A stretch of DNA of 64,000 nt, taken from Ostreococcus lucimarinus (Eukaryota). The translations under genes were made by a program, and so were the position numbers. Below, in pieces: positions 9,894 through 19,398 of the stretch (positions are counted from its first letter, which is position 1; every line of letters begins with the position of its first letter). The DNA lies in NCBI GenBank assembly GCA_000092065.1, contig CP000600.1. One strand, written 5' to 3'. The notes below the pieces were generated by a model. It searched no databases and was not told the DNA's origin. It saw only the letters and a program-made list of their open reading frames with translations.

Positions 9894-11483
9894 ATGACGT
9901 CGCGCGTCGCGCGCGACGTCTTCGCGGTCGCGCGATCGCCGCGCGCGACGCGCGGGACGTCGAGACGGCGCGCGCGATGGGGCGACGCGACGACGTCGAA
10001 AACGCGTCGCCCGCGGACGCGCGCGAGGCGCGACGCGGCGTCGAGCGCGGATCACGACGCCCTGCACGAGTGGTTATCCGCGAACGGCGCGGACGTGGCG
10101 AGCGTGGAGTTTTACGACGCGCGCGCGGGCGACGAGGACGACGGCGGCGACGCGGGGTGGGGCGCGCGAGCGACGCGAGCGCTGGCGCGAGGCGCGAAGG
10201 CGATCGTGGTGCCGAAATCGCTGTGGATCACGCCCGAGGTCGGGATGAACGATGATGAACTCGGGAAGGCGCTGCGGGACGAGGACGTCGCCGGTGGATT
10301 GGCGCGATGGACGACGTTGGCGTTGACGCTGCTGAAGGAACGCGAACGCGGAGAAGAGTCAAAGTACGCGGCGTACGTGAAGACGCTGCCGGAAGTTTTA
10401 CACTCGCCGTTGTTTTGGAACGCGGAGGAATTGAGTGAGATTCAAGGGACGCAGCTGTTGGATAACGCGGCGGGGTACGATGGGTACGTGCGGGGGGTGT
10501 ACGAGACGTTGAGAACGGGGATGTTCGCGAAGCACGCCGACGTCTTCGACGTCGAGGGCGCGTTCAGCGAGGACAACTTTCGATGGGCGTTCGGGATCTT
10601 ACGCTCGCGCACGATGGCACCGTGCGATGGGGCGAACATCGCGCTCGTGCCTGGCGTAGATTTAGTCAATCACAGCTCGTTGAGTCAGGCGAGATGGCGA
10701 GTGAGCGGCGGCGTCGCGGGCGCCGTCGCCGGATTGTTTGGGGGCGGAAAGGGCGACGACGGCGTCTCGGCGCGCGTCGAGTGCGATCGAGCGCTGAACG
10801 TGAACGAGCCGTTGTACGTAAATTACAACCCAGAAGGCACGGACACTTCGTTTGCGCTCGATTTCGGGTTCGTGGACACCATCACCCCGAGCCCCGGGTA
10901 CGCGTTGTCGCTCTCCGTGCCCGAAGACGATCCAAATGTCTTCGACAAGCTCGACGTTTTAGACGTGTGCGGGCTCGGCGAGACCCCGACGTTTACGCTC
11001 CGCGCGTACAGCGATCCAGATCCCGACCTCAGAACGTTTTTGCGATTGCTCAACTGCAAAAATCAGGACGCGTTCTTGCTCGAGGCGTTGTTTCGTCAAC
11101 AGTGCTGGTCGCTCATCTCCGAGCCGCTCTCGCGCGAGAACGAAGCCGACTGCTGCGCGTCCATGACGGACGGCGTCGCCGCCGCCTTATCCGCCTACGC
11201 CTCTCGCGCGTTGGACGAAGAAAAAGCCTACCTCATGTCTCCCCCGAGCGCGCGTCGCGCCGCCGCCGGCGACGACGAGCGCGCGCGCGTTCGCAAGGAC
11301 GTCGCCGTCCGCGTCCGCCTCGCCGAAAAATCCACCCTCATCGAAACCGCCTCCTTCTTCGACGTCATCGCGAGCGGACTGGACGGCATGGAGTACTACC
11401 AAGAGCGTCGGCTTCGCTCGTTAAACTTACTCGACGAAGACGGTTCGAGCACGTACGATCCGTTCAACGAAACCATGGCGTGA
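9894..11483 (+). CDS. SET-domain protein lysine methyltransferase, Rubisco LSMT-like
   Basis: 530 aa. Presequence-like N-terminus. SET core (HEWLSANGADVASVEF, KAIVVPKSLWITPE, ALVPGVDLVNHS, NEPLYVNYNP) followed by an LSMT-type substrate-binding region. Confidence 0.7.
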   Translation: MTSRVARDVFAVARSPRATRGTSRRRARWGDATTSKTRRPRTRARRDAASSADHDALHEWLSANGADVASVEFYDARAGDEDDGGDAGWGARATRALARGAKAIVVPKSLWITPEVGMNDDELGKALRDEDVAGGLARWTTLALTLLKERERGEESKYAAYVKTLPEVLHSPLFWNAEELSEIQGTQLLDNAAGYDGYVRGVYETLRTGMFAKHADVFDVEGAFSEDNFRWAFGILRSRTMAPCDGANIALVPGVDLVNHSSLSQARWRVSGGVAGAVAGLFGGGKGDDGVSARVECDRALNVNEPLYVNYNPEGTDTSFALDFGFVDTITPSPGYALSLSVPEDDPNVFDKLDVLDVCGLGETPTFTLRAYSDPDPDLRTFLRLLNCKNQDAFLLEALFRQQCWSLISEPLSRENEADCCASMTDGVAAALSAYASRALDEEKAYLMSPPSARRAAAGDDERARVRKDVAVRVRLAEKSTLIETASFFDVIASGLDGMEYYQERRLRSLNLLDEDGSSTYDPFNETMA

Positions 11484-11765
11484 GCCGCGTCTCGCGTTCT
11501 CCGCGCGTCCGTCTCCGATTCGCGCGCGCGCGTCGCGTCTTGTCACCATCGCCATCGCGCGCGCATCTTTCTCTTTCTCTCTCTCTTTCTCTTTCTCACC
11601 GCACCGTTCACCTCGTCGCGTTTGTCGCGTCGCGTCTCGCCCTCGCCTCGTCTCGAGTCCCTCCTTCGCCGGTTCGCTCGGTTTAAAGCGACGATCGGGC
11701 GCGCGCGATCTTTCGATGCGTGCGCGACACACGTCGCCTCGCGCGCGGCGCGCGCCGTCGCGGCC

Positions 11766-14700
11766 ATGTTCGCGCGCGCGAATCGCGGTCGCGAGACGGT
11801 CGACGTCGACGCGGGCGCGCCGACGTCGACGCGCGACGTCGGCGCGCGCGACGACGCGCGCGATGGCGCCGACGACGACGCTGATGACGACGACGTCGAT
11901 GACGCGTCGACGATGGGCGCGCTGAACGCGCGAACGCTGGCGACGCTCGCGCGAACGGGATCGCGACCGACGTCGCCGAGCGCGCGCGAACGACGCGCGG
12001 GAACGGCGACGGAGTCGAGGGCGAGCGAGACGCTGGAGATTCCAACGCGAGAGGTGGATTACGGACGCGGCGGCGCGGGAAGGACGGGATTGAAACCGGG
12101 AGACGTCGTGGCGCTCGTGACGCCGGAGGAGGGATACCCGTACGCGTGCGTGAGCGAAATCGACGAGGCGCGAGATGGAGAGCGACGGTATCGATACGCG
12201 ATCGATGCGGGAGGGAAGGGCGGGAACGCGGCGCTGCGGGAACGCGCGGAGACGCAGTTGGAGGTGTTGCAACATAACGGGTTCGTTGGGTTTCGAAGCG
12301 CGTTCGCGAGAGATCGATTGTTGCAAGCGACGCGACACGCGAGAAATCGGTTGGGGTTCGTGAGCGCGAATTTCGGGACGTGGGAGGAGTGGATTTTGGA
12401 CGAGGAGGAGAAGAGAAAGTTGAACGACGGCGCGTGGACGCGTTGCGAGGTGACGCTGAAGCATCGGCGGTTGGATGCGTATAGACTCAGAGTGACGATG
12501 GTGAGGGTCGGCCGCATCGTCGGTGCGGGCGTAGGAGATGGCGAGCAGGAGGAGTATAAGCTTGGCACGAGCGTGTCGCGACAGAGTACGCCGGGCGGGA
12601 CGACGCGAGCGCTCAGCGCTGTGGATCGCTTTCGATTAACGAGAGAGGGCGAAGCCGCCGAGGGTGGGCGCGGTGCTCCGTCGAGACCTCACGCCATGCA
12701 CGCCATGGGTGGCGCACTCATGAAAGAGTGGGCGGCGGCGCTCGAAAAAGAAGTCGCCGCGCGTCGCGTCATCGAGCAGGAACTCCACGACCTTCACGAG
12801 AGCGACGACAAGCTTAGGGAGTGGGCGCTCACGGAGCTCAACCGCCTACGACAGTTTGCGCAATCAGAAGTCGATTCATTAGCGGCCGAGGTTGAAGAAC
12901 GTAACAAAAAGATGGTCGATCTTAAGCAGCAGCGGCGTGCGCTGGAACTTCGAGCGAAGATGCTCGAAAGCCTCGACGAAGAGCGATTAAATTCCATCGT
13001 CGCTTCGTTTCGTGGGATGCAGCGCGGGACCCTGTTGCGACGGGCTTTCTCACACTGGCGCCGGGAGAGTGGTTCCATGGGCGTGATGCACAACAAGTCG
13101 ATTGAAAATGCGTTTGCGAGGTACCAAGCGAAAGACTACAAGAAAAATCTTTTGAAGAGGGCATTGGAAGTGTGGCGGCGCGAAGCGTCAAAGGAGAAGC
13201 GCGCTCGACGAGTGTACAGCTCCGTGCTCAATCGATATTGCCACGTCGCCTTCAGGACCTGGGCAAGCGAGATGCGCAGTAGCAAACTTCGACGTGAGAT
13301 CGCAGAGCGTATTGCACCCAGCCGCCGGATCGGTGTTCACCTGAACAACGCTCTGACGATCGGTTTCCAAATGCGCGGCGCGTTGAAGCAGCATCAGTTT
13401 CGCCGTTGCGTCGTAGCACACGCGCAAAAGATTACGGGCGTGCGCGTTGATCTCGTCGAAGCAGCTTTCGATTGCGGTGAAGAAATGGAAACTGCGGCTA
13501 CATATGCGCTCAGCGACTCGCTCAGCGATCCGCTCGGCTCAATAAACCTCGCCCGGGAAGCCGTTTTGAGACACGTGTCTGGAGACGACGTTGCCTCTGG
13601 CGCCGTTGTGCACGCGTTCGATCAAGGTATCGCCGTAGCGTCGAGAATGATTCAGGTCCGACAATCGTATATATGGATGAACGCAGACACCGTCGAAGAA
13701 GCTGCGGCTCTAACTGTGGCGTACGACCTCGGCGAAAGCTCTGACAACGCGTCAAGTCAAAATCGAGCCATGGCGCGCGGCAAGCTCATCGTCGATGTCT
13801 CGAAGCTACCACCGAGAATTTCTCGCTTAATCTTAGGTGCTTTCTACCGCGGTAATTTCGTACGCGACTACGCCGACTCGAGAATGTCGAATATCGACGA
13901 GAAAGACGCTTTCTGCGCTGGTTTAGAGGCGGGACTGTGTCAATACAAGCGACGTGAGTTTACTTCGCAGGCGAGATCGCCCGAGGAACTTCGACTGGTC
14001 GCCACTGCTTTCGATGGAGGTATCGCGTATGCGTGCTTGTCCTCGACTTCGAACTCGTACACTAAGGTGCAGATGGTTTTAGATTCGGTGGAAGATGAAA
14101 ATCAGCGAAGTGTGAGCTGGATGCGAGAAACACTCATGACGACGGTTGAAGTCGGCGCCGGCAACGTCGCTTCGACGAATACCGAGTTCCTCTTGCACAA
14201 GATTCTCTACCCTCTTCGCACTGATATGATGCGAGCAACACTTCATGCGTGGCGTAAGAAACATCGCGAAAGTAAGGAGGATGAGCTCACGGTGACTCGC
14301 TTCCAGAGGCGAGTCAATCGCCGCTTGGTCAAGGAGGCGTTATTCTCGTGGCGCAACTCGGCGTCGTTGAACAAGAAGCGATTCATGATCCTGCGACGCG
14401 TCGGTCTGAGGATTAAAAATGCATCCATGGCCAAATATTTCGATACATGGTCTGCAAACGTTGACAAACTCAGCGCTGATCGCGTAAGATTGACTCGTTT
14501 TAAGACGCGTTTGACGCATCGACTTCTCGCTGCAGCGTTTGCGGCCTGGGCTGAAGTCTCATCCAAGCGCGATGATCGCCTCGAAAAGATGGCAAACGTG
14601 TTGAACAAGCGCATGCGGCGATTTGAACTCTCTAAAGCTTTCGCGGGATGGGCCGACAAGGCTTTTACCGCGATTTCAAATCGTGAAAAGGCGAACAAGT

Positions 14701-15764
14701 TCATCGCCCGGTATCGCATGAGATTGCTCACGCGAACCCTCTACGGGTGGCACGAAAACGCTCAAAAGTCGAAGTCAAACCGAAAGAAGGTGCAAAAAGT
14801 GATATCGCGCTCGCAAAATCGTCTCGCGGCATCGGCATTTTACAAATGGAGAGAGTTAGTCACTTCCAAGTCGCGTCAATTACTGCTGCTACGACGTTTC
14901 GTCGATCGAATGCGCAACGGCGTAAAGGCGTCGGCGTTTGACAAGTGGTTCGAAGTGACGCAAAACGAAAAGCGTAAACGTGCCGTCATCACAAAAGTTT
15001 TCTCGCGTATCAAGAACGAGCAGATGGCGCACGCGTTCGGGCGCTGGCGCGAGTTCGCCGCGGAGTCGTACGACGCCAAGGTGAACCTACGCAAAATCGT
15101 CAGCCGCATGCTGCGCTTGCGTCTTTCACAAAGTTTCACGCTATGGAACGAAAATGTGGTTGAATTGCGACGCCAGCGCGCCGTTCTTGCTCGATTCGTC
15201 GGTCGCATGCGCAATCGATGCGTCACGGCCTGCTTTTACGCCTGGGTCGAGGCTCTCGAAGAGCGAAAACGCGCTTCGAAACAAGACGCGTACAGAGACA
15301 GACTCGTGGCAAACGTCCTGTGGCGCACGAACCGCTCGACGCTTCGGGCGGCGATGCACCAGTGGCGAATGGTGGTTGAGGAACGCGAGACGCATCGCGA
15401 GCTGATCCGACGCAATTTGCGTTCCAAACGCGTGGCACTGAACTTCTTCATGACTTGGTATTGGGACGCCTTTGATGGCGATATTCAATCCACCGTCGCG
15501 GACATGTTTGGTCAAACTCGTTCGTATATGAACGAAGCGTTCGATGATTTCGATGAAGGTTCCGCACAGGCCGCGCTCAACTTTGTGGGTTATTACGACG
15601 ACGACAAAGATATCGTGATCGACTCTCCGCCGCCGCCAACCTGGGAAGGCGACGCGGCTGGTATCCACGACGACGACGACGACGACGATGACGACGACAG
15701 ACTCTTCCACACGCCCGGGAAAGTCGGCCGTCGAGCCGACGATCAGGACGACTTTACGTATTAG
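11766..15764 (+). CDS. Sfi1-like centrin-binding repeat protein
   Basis: 1332-aa ORF. The C-terminal ~700 aa consist of about 20 spaced repeats of the Sfi1 type (A/L..[FLM]..W[RKAEN], e.g. ALFSWRN, AFAAWAE, AFAGWAD, LYGWHE, AFYKWRE, AFDKWFE, AFGRWRE, FTLWNE, FYAWVE) every ~30-35 residues. Acidic C-terminus. Confidence 0.5.
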   Translation: MFARANRGRETVDVDAGAPTSTRDVGARDDARDGADDDADDDDVDDASTMGALNARTLATLARTGSRPTSPSARERRAGTATESRASETLEIPTREVDYGRGGAGRTGLKPGDVVALVTPEEGYPYACVSEIDEARDGERRYRYAIDAGGKGGNAALRERAETQLEVLQHNGFVGFRSAFARDRLLQATRHARNRLGFVSANFGTWEEWILDEEEKRKLNDGAWTRCEVTLKHRRLDAYRLRVTMVRVGRIVGAGVGDGEQEEYKLGTSVSRQSTPGGTTRALSAVDRFRLTREGEAAEGGRGAPSRPHAMHAMGGALMKEWAAALEKEVAARRVIEQELHDLHESDDKLREWALTELNRLRQFAQSEVDSLAAEVEERNKKMVDLKQQRRALELRAKMLESLDEERLNSIVASFRGMQRGTLLRRAFSHWRRESGSMGVMHNKSIENAFARYQAKDYKKNLLKRALEVWRREASKEKRARRVYSSVLNRYCHVAFRTWASEMRSSKLRREIAERIAPSRRIGVHLNNALTIGFQMRGALKQHQFRRCVVAHAQKITGVRVDLVEAAFDCGEEMETAATYALSDSLSDPLGSINLAREAVLRHVSGDDVASGAVVHAFDQGIAVASRMIQVRQSYIWMNADTVEEAAALTVAYDLGESSDNASSQNRAMARGKLIVDVSKLPPRISRLILGAFYRGNFVRDYADSRMSNIDEKDAFCAGLEAGLCQYKRREFTSQARSPEELRLVATAFDGGIAYACLSSTSNSYTKVQMVLDSVEDENQRSVSWMRETLMTTVEVGAGNVASTNTEFLLHKILYPLRTDMMRATLHAWRKKHRESKEDELTVTRFQRRVNRRLVKEALFSWRNSASLNKKRFMILRRVGLRIKNASMAKYFDTWSANVDKLSADRVRLTRFKTRLTHRLLAAAFAAWAEVSSKRDDRLEKMANVLNKRMRRFELSKAFAGWADKAFTAISNREKANKFIARYRMRLLTRTLYGWHENAQKSKSNRKKVQKVISRSQNRLAASAFYKWRELVTSKSRQLLLLRRFVDRMRNGVKASAFDKWFEVTQNEKRKRAVITKVFSRIKNEQMAHAFGRWREFAAESYDAKVNLRKIVSRMLRLRLSQSFTLWNENVVELRRQRAVLARFVGRMRNRCVTACFYAWVEALEERKRASKQDAYRDRLVANVLWRTNRSTLRAAMHQWRMVVEERETHRELIRRNLRSKRVALNFFMTWYWDAFDGDIQSTVADMFGQTRSYMNEAFDDFDEGSAQAALNFVGYYDDDKDIVIDSPPPPTWEGDAAGIHDDDDDDDDDDRLFHTPGKVGRRADDQDDFTY

Positions 15765-15792
15765 CGCTGCGCGACATCACACCTCGCACGAT

Positions 15793-15797
15793 TGTAA
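15793..15797 (+). promoter_or_regulatory. putative poly(A) signal TGTAA for the Sfi1-like gene
   Basis: TGTAA 29 nt downstream of the stop at 15764, followed by an A-run. Confidence 0.4.
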
Positions 15798-16026
15798 TCG
15801 TCTAAAAAAGTAACTCGCGACGTCGCCTCGTCGAGCGAGGCGCGTGACCTCCTCCCCGACCGATCCCTTAACGATAAAAAATAATAATCCAAGAGGGTTT
15901 TGATCCCCCGACCTTCTCCGCGTTCGCGGTGACGCGCCACACTCGAGCGCGCGCGCCGGAGTCTGGGCGTTCGCCGATGTAAAGGAGACGCGCTTCCACT
16001 GCGCCATCGGATCGAGATAGCGCTTT

Positions 16027-16045
16027 ATGTCGTATTATACGACAT
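16027..16045. repeat. 9-bp inverted repeat with 1-nt spacer (atgtcgtat t atacgacat) in an AT-rich island
   Basis: Perfect arms. It sits in the only AT-rich patch between the Sfi1-like gene and the next gene's start codon. Confidence 0.7.
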
Positions 16046-16175
16046 CATACCAACTAAATGATAAAATTTCAAATTTATCGCCCTCGCGTCGATGATTCGT
16101 CCAAAGTTACGGGTTTTCGTTTCGAGCGCGGCCGGCGACGACCGACGCGCGTCGACGCGATTCGACGGCGCCGCG

Positions 16176-17045
16176 ATGTCCGCGTGGACGTCCCCGCTCG
16201 AGCTCGGGGACGACGGGCACGATTTCGCGCGCACGCGCATCGACGAACGGCTCGAGCGCGCGCTCGCGGGACGTCGCGGGACGTACGCGCGGAAATCTCT
16301 CGCGCGCGCCTTCGTCGCGGACGCGCGCGAGGGCGCTCCGCGCGCGGCGCCGCGCGTCGTCGTCGTCGCCGTGGACAGCGAAGCGGGACGAGAGATCGCG
16401 CGCGCCGTCGTCCGAGGGACGCGAGGAAAGAAGTACGGCGCGGTGCTGAGCGCGGATGCGGATTGCGGCGAGGCGGCGCTCGGCGCGGAGGACGGCGACG
16501 ACGCGTGGACGACGCTGTACGAAAGCGGCGAGGGCGCGCCTCGAGTGGTGATAGCGGAGACGCTGAAGGACATATCGCCGACCGGCGCGCGGGCGTGGGC
16601 GCGAGAGACGCTGCGGGCGTGTGGGTGCGAGGAGGGGGGGGAGACGAAGGTGCTCGCGTTGACGTCGTGTTCGGAACACGAGACGAGCGAGGCGGAGATG
16701 TCGCTCGGGGCGATCGATCGCGTGGTGGCGTACGCGTTGGATACAACTAGAGTTCGCATGGATCGCGATGGGGCGTGGCCGGCGTCGCCGCGACCGTTAC
16801 CGGTGGGACTGTTGCTGCGATCGAACGGCGCGGCGGCCATCGCGAGCGCGTGCGAGGCGCTCGGCGTCGCCGCGCGCGTGATTGCGATTCCAGAGAGCGA
16901 ACCCGTGCGCGTGATCCACGGCGGCGCGGACGTGGGCGCGTCACGAGAGGCGGCGGCGCACGCGAGCGCACTCGTTGGGTGCGCGGTGGAGTGCGAGTTC
17001 AAGCCGCGAATGGCGCCGACTCGCGCGGAAAACTTGTACGCGTAG
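16176..17045 (+). CDS. hypothetical protein
   Basis: 289 aa from ATG 16176 (MSAWTSPLELGDD...). Non-repetitive composition. The codon bias is like the neighbouring genes. No recognised domain. Confidence 0.4.
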   Translation: MSAWTSPLELGDDGHDFARTRIDERLERALAGRRGTYARKSLARAFVADAREGAPRAAPRVVVVAVDSEAGREIARAVVRGTRGKKYGAVLSADADCGEAALGAEDGDDAWTTLYESGEGAPRVVIAETLKDISPTGARAWARETLRACGCEEGGETKVLALTSCSEHETSEAEMSLGAIDRVVAYALDTTRVRMDRDGAWPASPRPLPVGLLLRSNGAAAIASACEALGVAARVIAIPESEPVRVIHGGADVGASREAAAHASALVGCAVECEFKPRMAPTRAENLYA

Positions 17046-17148
17046 TACGTACGTAGGACTTCAAATATTTGTTACAAAACTGGACTTAGATGATACATAG
17101 TCGGCGCAAGCGTCCGCTGGTGTATTCAATTATTTGAGTGGTATTCTG

Positions 17149-18827
17149 CTATTTGACGTAGCCGTCGACCTCGGAGACCGGCAGCGCCGGAGAGTTCGGG
17201 CAGTGTTTCTTTACGATGCGAAGTAAATCGATGAGCACCAGTTCGCGTTTCTTTTTCCAAATCTTTTTGCCATAATGCGCGTCACCGTACATGAACAGCT
17301 CGATTTGAACTGAAAGATGGTCGACATCGATCTTCTTGAGCACGCAAAGCGGTGGCTTGTACGACGCGTGCACGTCGGGATGGTTCGTCAAGAAGGTCGT
17401 GATTTCCTCCGTCAGCGCCGGGATGCCTTCGTAATCAGGAATCGCTATGCGAAGCTGCGGTCCGACGAACTCGTTCGGTTCTCGAGAGGTATTGATGACG
17501 TTGGCGCCGAGAAAATAACCGTTCGGTATGGTGGTGACTTTGCCATCCTTGGGGATGAGTCTGGTTTGATACCAACCGATCTCGTCCACTTTATAATTGC
17601 TGACGTCTTTTTCCTTTGAATCTCGATACTTGCCGCCGCCGCCGGTGAGATAAATCTTTTCGCCAACCTTGAACGGGCGCATCACGGCGAGCACCAAGCC
17701 TCCGATGAGGTTACTTATGAAATCTTTCGCCGCCAAACCGAAAGCCAAACCTCCGAGGCCACCGAAAGAGAAGAGAACTTGGGCTGGAATGCCGAACGCG
17801 GCGAGCGTGAGCATGAGCGTGGCGACGACGACGAACGCGCTCGTGAGACGCGTGATGACGAGTTGTAGCGATGCGTCGTATCGTATCGACGGGAAAAATC
17901 TACCGAGTAATCTCGGTCCGTAGTTTTGAATCACCATCACGACCAAAATTCCCGTCGCGAACGTGTACGATCCTTTATCGAAGCCGAGCTTTATGTTATC
18001 CGGAATGTCCCATTCCGTGGATAACTGATCGATCATATCGCAACCGACGTCGAAGGCGTAGCTCAACACGAAGAGCGCTTGAATGAGCTGCATCGGTTGC
18101 CTGAACCAGTCCAGAAACGACCCTCGAAACGTTTTCGGCGTTCGAGAAGGGTTGAGCGCGTTCTTCGCGCGCTCCGCCGCCTCGAACAATTTTTCGCGTC
18201 CTCGACGGATGCACCAGTTCCACGCCACTAGCACCCACACGTCTTCGATGTGCCAATCCTCTTGCGTCTTCGCCTCGACGCGTCCCATGAAATCGCCCAC
18301 CGTCTGCAGGCTCGTCCGCATGGCGTCCGTCGTCGTCTTCCGCACCCTTCCGCGCAGCGCGTCAAACTCATCCAGCGCCCTCATCGCGCCCGCGCGCTTC
18401 CCCACCACCGTCGACGTCTTCACCCGATCCCCGGTTCCCGCGTTCGCCGCTCGCGGCGTCGCGAGCGCGCCCGTCGACGCCGCGAGCGCGAGCGCCGCCA
18501 ACAGCGCCGCGCGCCCCCCCCCCGGCGCCCTCCTCGCGCCGTCCGCGCGCGTCGTCGCGCCGTCCCATCGCGTCGCCGTTTCCTCGCGCTTCTCCCCCGT
18601 CGCCCTCGTCGCGCCGTCGTCCCGCGCCGCGCGCGCGCCGTCCATCGCGCCGCCGCCGCGTCGATTCCCAATCGTCGCGCGTCCCGTCGCGTCGTGCGTC
18701 GCGCGTCGTCGCGTCGCCGTCCATCGCGTCGCGAAACTCGCGCGCGCGCGTCGCGAAACGCGCGCGCGTCCCGTCGCCGCCGTCGTCGCCGTCGTCGCCG
18801 CCGTCGCGCGTCGCATCGTCGTCGGCG
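17149..18827 (-). CDS. MscS-like mechanosensitive ion channel (MSL family)
   Basis: Pore-lining TM3 and beta-domain signature FGGLGGLAFGLAAKDFISNLIGGLVLAVMRPFKVGEKI. Several upstream TM helices. A C-terminal cytoplasmic vestibule domain. ATG at 18827-18825 (MRRATAATT...) on the minus strand. Confidence 0.85.
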
Positions 18828-18850
18828 TGTGCGGCGAATCGTCGGCACGA

Positions 18851-19140
18851 CCGACCGACCGGTCTATACGTATGGCACGCAGTGACGTATACATTATACC
18901 ACGCGCGCGCGTCTCTTTCATACCGTTCGAAACGCGTGGTGTATACACGGCGACCGACCGGTCTATACGTACGGCACGCAGTGACGTATACATTATACCA
19001 CGCGCGCGCGTCTCTTTCATACCGTTCGAAACGCGTGGTGTATACACGGCGACCGACCGGTCTATACGTACGGCACGCAGTGACGTATACATTATACCAC
19101 GCGCGCGCGCGCATCGCTTTCATACCGTTCGAAACGCGCT
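18851..19140. repeat. 99-bp tandem repeat, ~2.7 copies, in the MscS/coiled-coil divergent intergenic region
   Basis: Copies start at 18861, 18960 and 19059 (ggtctatacgta[t/c]ggcacgcagtgacgtatacattataccacgcgcgcgcg...). Copies 1 and 2 differ at one position. Copy 3 decays after ~50 nt. Confidence 0.9.
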
Positions 19141-19398
19141 CTGTACGCGCGGCGACGCGCGACACCACCGACCGCGCGTCGGCACATCGTCGCGCGCGCG
19201 TCGGCACATCGTCGCGCCTCGCGTCCGCGCCCTCGACGCGTCGCGGCGCGCGCGCTTCCCGCGAACGACGCGGAGATTCGCGTCCCGACGCGCGTTCCCA
19301 TCCCGGACGCGAACGACCCGCGCGACGATCGCGTCCGCGACTCGATTTGATTTCGACAACGATTTGATTCCGATTCGAATCGCGAATCGTCGCGCGCG

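Noticed and set aside
10583-12464. 367-aa (+) and 345-aa (-) ORFs overlapping the SET gene 3' end and the Sfi1-like gene 5' end
   Set aside because: Alternative-frame or antisense low-complexity translations. The in-frame SET and Sfi1-like ORFs are compositionally normal.
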